A stretch of 64,000 nucleotides of DNA from Gammaproteobacteria bacterium (GTDB lineage: Bacteria; Pseudomonadota; Gammaproteobacteria; GCA-001735895): the NCBI GenBank assembly GCA_026989015.1, contig JALSKD010000177.1, positions 64,401 through 128,400 on the forward strand, written 5' to 3'. Each line of letters opens with the position of its first letter. Position 1 is the stretch's first letter. Under the pieces are notes generated by a model. That model had not been told where the DNA came from, did not search any database, and saw only the letters and a list, made by a program, of their open reading frames with translations. This document shows positions 60,556 through 64,000 of this stretch, one piece after another. Position numbers and translations under genes: made by a program.

Positions 60556-61695
60556 CTACGGATTTTGCGACCGATTGCCAGCAGTTTTTTGGCCGCCACC
60601 GGGCCTGTGGTGCAGGTATTCGCGGTGGCCGTGGCAGCCGGCATGACAGAGCAGTTCATAGGCGATGGTTTCACTGCGCTCGGCTACCTCGGTGGCGCGC
60701 GGGCGTTCTCCCCAGAGCTGTACCGGGTCGCCCGGCCCCGCCTCGGTGCCGCTCAGATCGACGGTGATCATGTCCATCGACACGCGGCCGATCACCGGGG
60801 CATAAGCATCGCCGATGGCCACCCGGCCGCCGTTCATGTGCCGCGGATAGCCGTCGGCATAGCCGGCGGCAACAACGCCCACGCGCAGGTCCCGCGGACA
60901 GACATAGCGCCCCCCGTAGCCGATGCCCTGCCCCTTGCGCCGGGTATTGACGGCGAGCAGCCGCGACTCGAAGCGCATCGCCGGACGCAGACGATCCTCG
61001 CAGCGGTGGTCGGCCATCGGATCGGCGCCATACAGGGCAATGCCGGCACGCACCCAGTGGCGGCGAGCACCGGGCCAGGCAACGATCCCGGCGGAGTTGG
61101 CAATGCCCCATTCGAAGTCGGAAAGCCCCAACGCATCGACGCGCTCGATTTGCCGCAGGCTGGATTCATCGGCGGCGTCATCGGCATTGGCCAGGTGCGT
61201 CATCAGGCGGATCTCGCCGAGACCGGTCAGGCGTTGCAGACGCGACAGGGCATCCATCAGCCCGCTACGGTCGAAACCGAGGCGGCCCATGCCGGAATCG
61301 AACTTGAGCCAGACATCGATGGCCCCATGACGGTCGGCGGCCTCCAGCAGTTCGATCTGCCAGGCCTGGTGCAGCACCGGATCGAGGCCGAGGTCGATGC
61401 ACGCCTGCATCTGGGCGGCGTCGAGTGGGCCGCCAAGCACGAGGATGCGTTGCGCAATGCCGGCTTCACGCAGGCTGCGGGCTTCCATCGGCGTGGCCAC
61501 GGCGAAGGCCGCGGCATGCGGCAAGGCGCGCGCCACCTGCACGGCCCCATGGCCATAGGCGTCGGCCTTGATGACCGCGATCAGGTGGCTGTCCGGCGCC
61601 AGTGATTGCAGCAATTCGTGGTTGTCGCGGATGGCCTGCAGGTCGATGACGACGCGGGCATGGCGCTGCGGGCTATTCCTCGCCGCCGAAGTCAT
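60556..61695 (-). CDS. alr: Alanine racemase
   Basis: VIDLQAIRDNH...AVIKADAYGHG is the PLP-Lys motif. ATG at 61695 overlaps the dnaB 3' end by 23 nt. Confidence 0.85.
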   Translation of the reverse strand: MTSAARNSPQRHARVVIDLQAIRDNHELLQSLAPDSHLIAVIKADAYGHGAVQVARALPHAAAFAVATPMEARSLREAGIAQRILVLGGPLDAAQMQACIDLGLDPVLHQAWQIELLEAADRHGAIDVWLKFDSGMGRLGFDRSGLMDALSRLQRLTGLGEIRLMTHLANADDAADESSLRQIERVDALGLSDFEWGIANSAGIVAWPGARRHWVRAGIALYGADPMADHRCEDRLRPAMRFESRLLAVNTRRKGQGIGYGGRYVCPRDLRVGVVAAGYADGYPRHMNGGRVAIGDAYAPVIGRVSMDMITVDLSGTEAGPGDPVQLWGERPRATEVAERSETIAYELLCHAGCHGHREYLHHRPGGGQKTAGNRSQNP

Positions 61696-63106
61696 CGTAG
61701 GCGAGGTTCTCGAAGCGTGTGTACTGGCCGAGGAAAGCCAGTCGCACCTTGCCGATGGGGCCGTTGCGCTGCTTGCGGATGAGGATCTCGGCAGTGCCCT
61801 TGTCGGGGCTGTCGGGGTTGTAGACTTCGTCGCGGTAGATGAACAGGATGACATCGGCATCCTGCTCGATGCCGCCGGATTCACGCAGGTCGGACATTAC
61901 CGGGCGCTTGTCCGGCCGCTGCTCGACACTGCGGTTGAGCTGTGACAGGGCGATGACCGGCACATCCAGCTCCTTGGCCAGGGCCTTGAGCGAGCGGCTG
62001 ATCTCGGAGATCTCGGTGGCGCGGTTTTCGGTGCTGCCACCGATCTGCATCAGCTGCAGGTAGTCGATAATGATCAGGTCCAAGCCATGCTCGCGCTTCA
62101 GGCGACGGGCGCGGGCACGCAGCTCGGTGGGCGTCAGCGCCGGGGTGTCGTCGATGAACAGCTGGGCGTTGTTGAGCATGGTCACCGCCGAGGTGATGCG
62201 CGGCCAGTCCTGGTCCTGCAATTTTCCGGTGCGCAGATTGTGCTGGTCGATGCGGCCCAGCGAGGACATCATGCGCAAGGCCAACTGCTCGCCGGGCATC
62301 TCCATGCTGAATACGGCCACCGACTTGTTGCCGCTGACCGCGGCGTTCTCGGCCAGGTTCATGGCGAAGCTGGTCTTGCCCATCGACGGGCGGCCGGCGA
62401 CGATGATGAGGTCGGACTTCTGCAGACCGGAGGTCATTTCGTCGAACTTGGCGAAGCCGCTGCTGATGCCGGTGATCGGTTCCTCGCTGTCGTAGAGTTC
62501 CTGCACCCGGGTGACGGCGCGGCTGAGCAGACCACGGATGGCCTCGAAGCCCTTCTGGTTGCCGGCGCCGGCCTCGGCGATCTGGAACACGCGCTTCTCG
62601 GCCTCGTCGAGCAACTCCTTGCTGCTGCGGCCGTCGGCGTTGTAGGCGGAATCGGCGATCTCGTGGCCGACCTGGATCAGGTTGCGCAACACCGAATACT
62701 CGCGGACGATCTCGGCGTAGGCCTTGATGTTGACGGCGGTGGGCGTCTCGGCGGCAAGCAACCCCAAATAGGCCAGGCCACCGATGCTGTCCAACTCGCC
62801 CCGCTTCTCCAGCCAGTCGGAGATGGTGACCACATCGTAGGGCTTGTCTTCATTGGAGAGCGCGGCGATGGCGCGGAAAATCAGCTGATGATCGTGGCGG
62901 TAGAAATCCTGCTCGTTGACGATATCGGCAATCTGCTCCCAGGCGCGGTTGTCGAGCATCAGTCCGCCAAGCACCGATTGCTCGGCCTCCAGCGAATGGG
63001 GCGGCACCTTGAGGTCTTCGACCCGCTGGTTCAGTTCGGCGACACGGTTGGCGAGTTCAGTCACGGCTCTCGGACGGTTGGGATGGCAACGGAAAACGGG
63101 CCGCAC
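61673..63106 (-). CDS. dnaB: Replicative DNA helicase DnaB
   Basis: VPPHSLEAEQSVLGGLML and a RecA-like domain GRPSMGKTSFAMN. The start is uncertain (GTG at 63106 or an internal GTG). Confidence 0.9.
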   Translation of the reverse strand: MRPVFRCHPNRPRAVTELANRVAELNQRVEDLKVPPHSLEAEQSVLGGLMLDNRAWEQIADIVNEQDFYRHDHQLIFRAIAALSNEDKPYDVVTISDWLEKRGELDSIGGLAYLGLLAAETPTAVNIKAYAEIVREYSVLRNLIQVGHEIADSAYNADGRSSKELLDEAEKRVFQIAEAGAGNQKGFEAIRGLLSRAVTRVQELYDSEEPITGISSGFAKFDEMTSGLQKSDLIIVAGRPSMGKTSFAMNLAENAAVSGNKSVAVFSMEMPGEQLALRMMSSLGRIDQHNLRTGKLQDQDWPRITSAVTMLNNAQLFIDDTPALTPTELRARARRLKREHGLDLIIIDYLQLMQIGGSTENRATEISEISRSLKALAKELDVPVIALSQLNRSVEQRPDKRPVMSDLRESGGIEQDADVILFIYRDEVYNPDSPDKGTAEILIRKQRNGPIGKVRLAFLGQYTRFENLAYDDFGGEE

Positions 63107-63173
63107 CGTTGCCGGTAGCGGCCCGCCGAGTGTAGCAAATCATGGCCCGCATGGGGCCAGGATTCTGTGCCGC

Positions 63174-63626
63174 CTATTCCTCGCCGACGATGACGACGAG
63201 GATCTTCGCGTCCACGCCGGTGTGCAGGTGCAGGTCGATCTCGTGCTCGCCGGTGACCCGCAGGGCGCCCTCGGGCAGGCGCACTTCGCGCTTCTCGATG
63301 GCGGTGCCGGCGGCGGTGATCGCATCGGCGATATCGGCGGTACCGATGGAGCCGAACAGCTTGCCTTCGCTGCCCACCTTGGCGGTGATCTCCACCTGAC
63401 CCAGCTCCTCGATGGCCTGCTTGCGGGCTTCGGCGGCGGCCTTGGCTTCGGCCATTACCTTCTCCAGCTCGGCGCGCCGCTTTTCGAACTCGGCCAGGTT
63501 TTCCGGAGTCGCCGGCTTGGCCTTGCCGCTGGGCAGCAGGTAGTTGCGGGCATAACCGGGCTTGACGGTGACCTTGTCACCCAGGGAGCCCAGGTTCTCG
63601 ATGTTTTCCAGCAGAATGACTTCCAT
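63174..63626 (-). CDS. rplI: 50S ribosomal protein L9
   Basis: [32 protein letters not shown]. Confidence 0.9.
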   Translation of the reverse strand: MEVILLENIENLGSLGDKVTVKPGYARNYLLPSGKAKPATPENLAEFEKRRAELEKVMAEAKAAAEARKQAIEELGQVEITAKVGSEGKLFGSIGTADIADAITAAGTAIEKREVRLPEGALRVTGEHEIDLHLHTGVDAKILVVIVGEE

Positions 63627-63640
63627 CGGATATTCCTCAC

Positions 63641-64000
63641 TTATTCATCGGTTTTGGGGGGCGGTTTCAGGTAGGCCCTGAAGTTCGCCCAGTTGTCTAT
63701 CACACCCAGCGCGGCGACCGCGGCCACCACCTGGGGAAAAATCAGCATCAGCACATACACGGCAAACAGCGCCCAGCCGCGCTTTCCAAGGCCGGCCCAG
63801 CGGTGCAGCACCGCCAGCCCCTGATACAGAAAAGCGGCCAGCGCCACCATCAGCATCGACAGCAGCCAGTCCTGCCGCAGCAGCACCGCGGCCACCGTGA
63901 GCAGCAGGGCCGCCAGCGCCGCCATACGCCCGAGGCGCAACGCGAGGAATTCCTCGCGGTAGCCGTCGGAGCCGGCCAGCCGGGCCTGCAGCCAGCGCGC
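63641..64000 (-). CDS. Membrane protein (5' end outside the window), in the rpsR/rplI neighbourhood
   Basis: The open frame continues to the window edge. Hydrophobic helices. Matches the position of the hypothetical membrane protein upstream of rplI in Pseudomonas. Confidence 0.4.
   Translation of the reverse strand, partial: ARWLQARLAGSDGYREEFLALRLGRMAALAALLLTVAAVLLRQDWLLSMLMVALAAFLYQGLAVLHRWAGLGKRGWALFAVYVLMLIFPQVVAAVAALGVIDNWANFRAYLKPPPKTDE

Overview
The window is high-GC and almost entirely coding, and most likely comes from a gammaproteobacterium. Evidence for that is the Pseudomonas/Chromatiales-type synteny blocks: cutA-dsbD, aroQ-accB-accC-prmA-DUF3426-dusB-fis-purH-purD, ampD-ampE, and (membrane protein)-rplI-dnaB-alr next to tRNA-Arg.

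Content from 5' to 3':
- Core metabolism and housekeeping genes (1-11.2 kb).
- A small two-peptide cassette with its own promoter and terminator (11.3-11.9 kb).
- An SDR oxidoreductase, a PhoQ/OmpR-type two-component pair, and a glycine-zipper protein.
- An EAL phosphodiesterase, a CPA2 antiporter with a coupled thioredoxin-HEAT gene, and a tandem-REC regulator.
- An ABC-2 exporter pair, tatD, a MOSC protein, bpt, an inositol monophosphatase, ampDE and rep.
- A complete periplasmic nitrate reductase operon napFDAGHBC on the minus strand (30.8-37.0 kb), placed directly after flgF.
- A flagellar/chemotaxis block (flgFEDCB, cheV, flgA, flgM, flgN), followed by a CheX-like gene coupled to a PAS-GGDEF-EAL gene.
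- A divergent thioredoxin/peroxiredoxin pair.
- A roughly 1-kb gene-free interval (48.96-50.0 kb).
- A minus-strand signalling operon: TonB-dependent receptor, YfiR-like DUF4154 protein, a 1624-aa hybrid kinase (HK-REC-REC-Hpt-REC-PAS-GGDEF-EAL), and an HDOD protein.
- Carbonic anhydrase, an orphan Card1/Can2-like CARF nuclease, tRNA-Arg(ACG), alr, dnaB and rplI.

The most unusual feature is the gene-free interval. It holds a dense array of short GC hairpins whose loops are AGGGA(A/G) or AGGAA, plus a 379-bp direct duplication. Together these look like a candidate CsrA/RsmA-titrating sRNA locus.

All calls rest on reading the ORF translations and the raw sequence. No database search was run.
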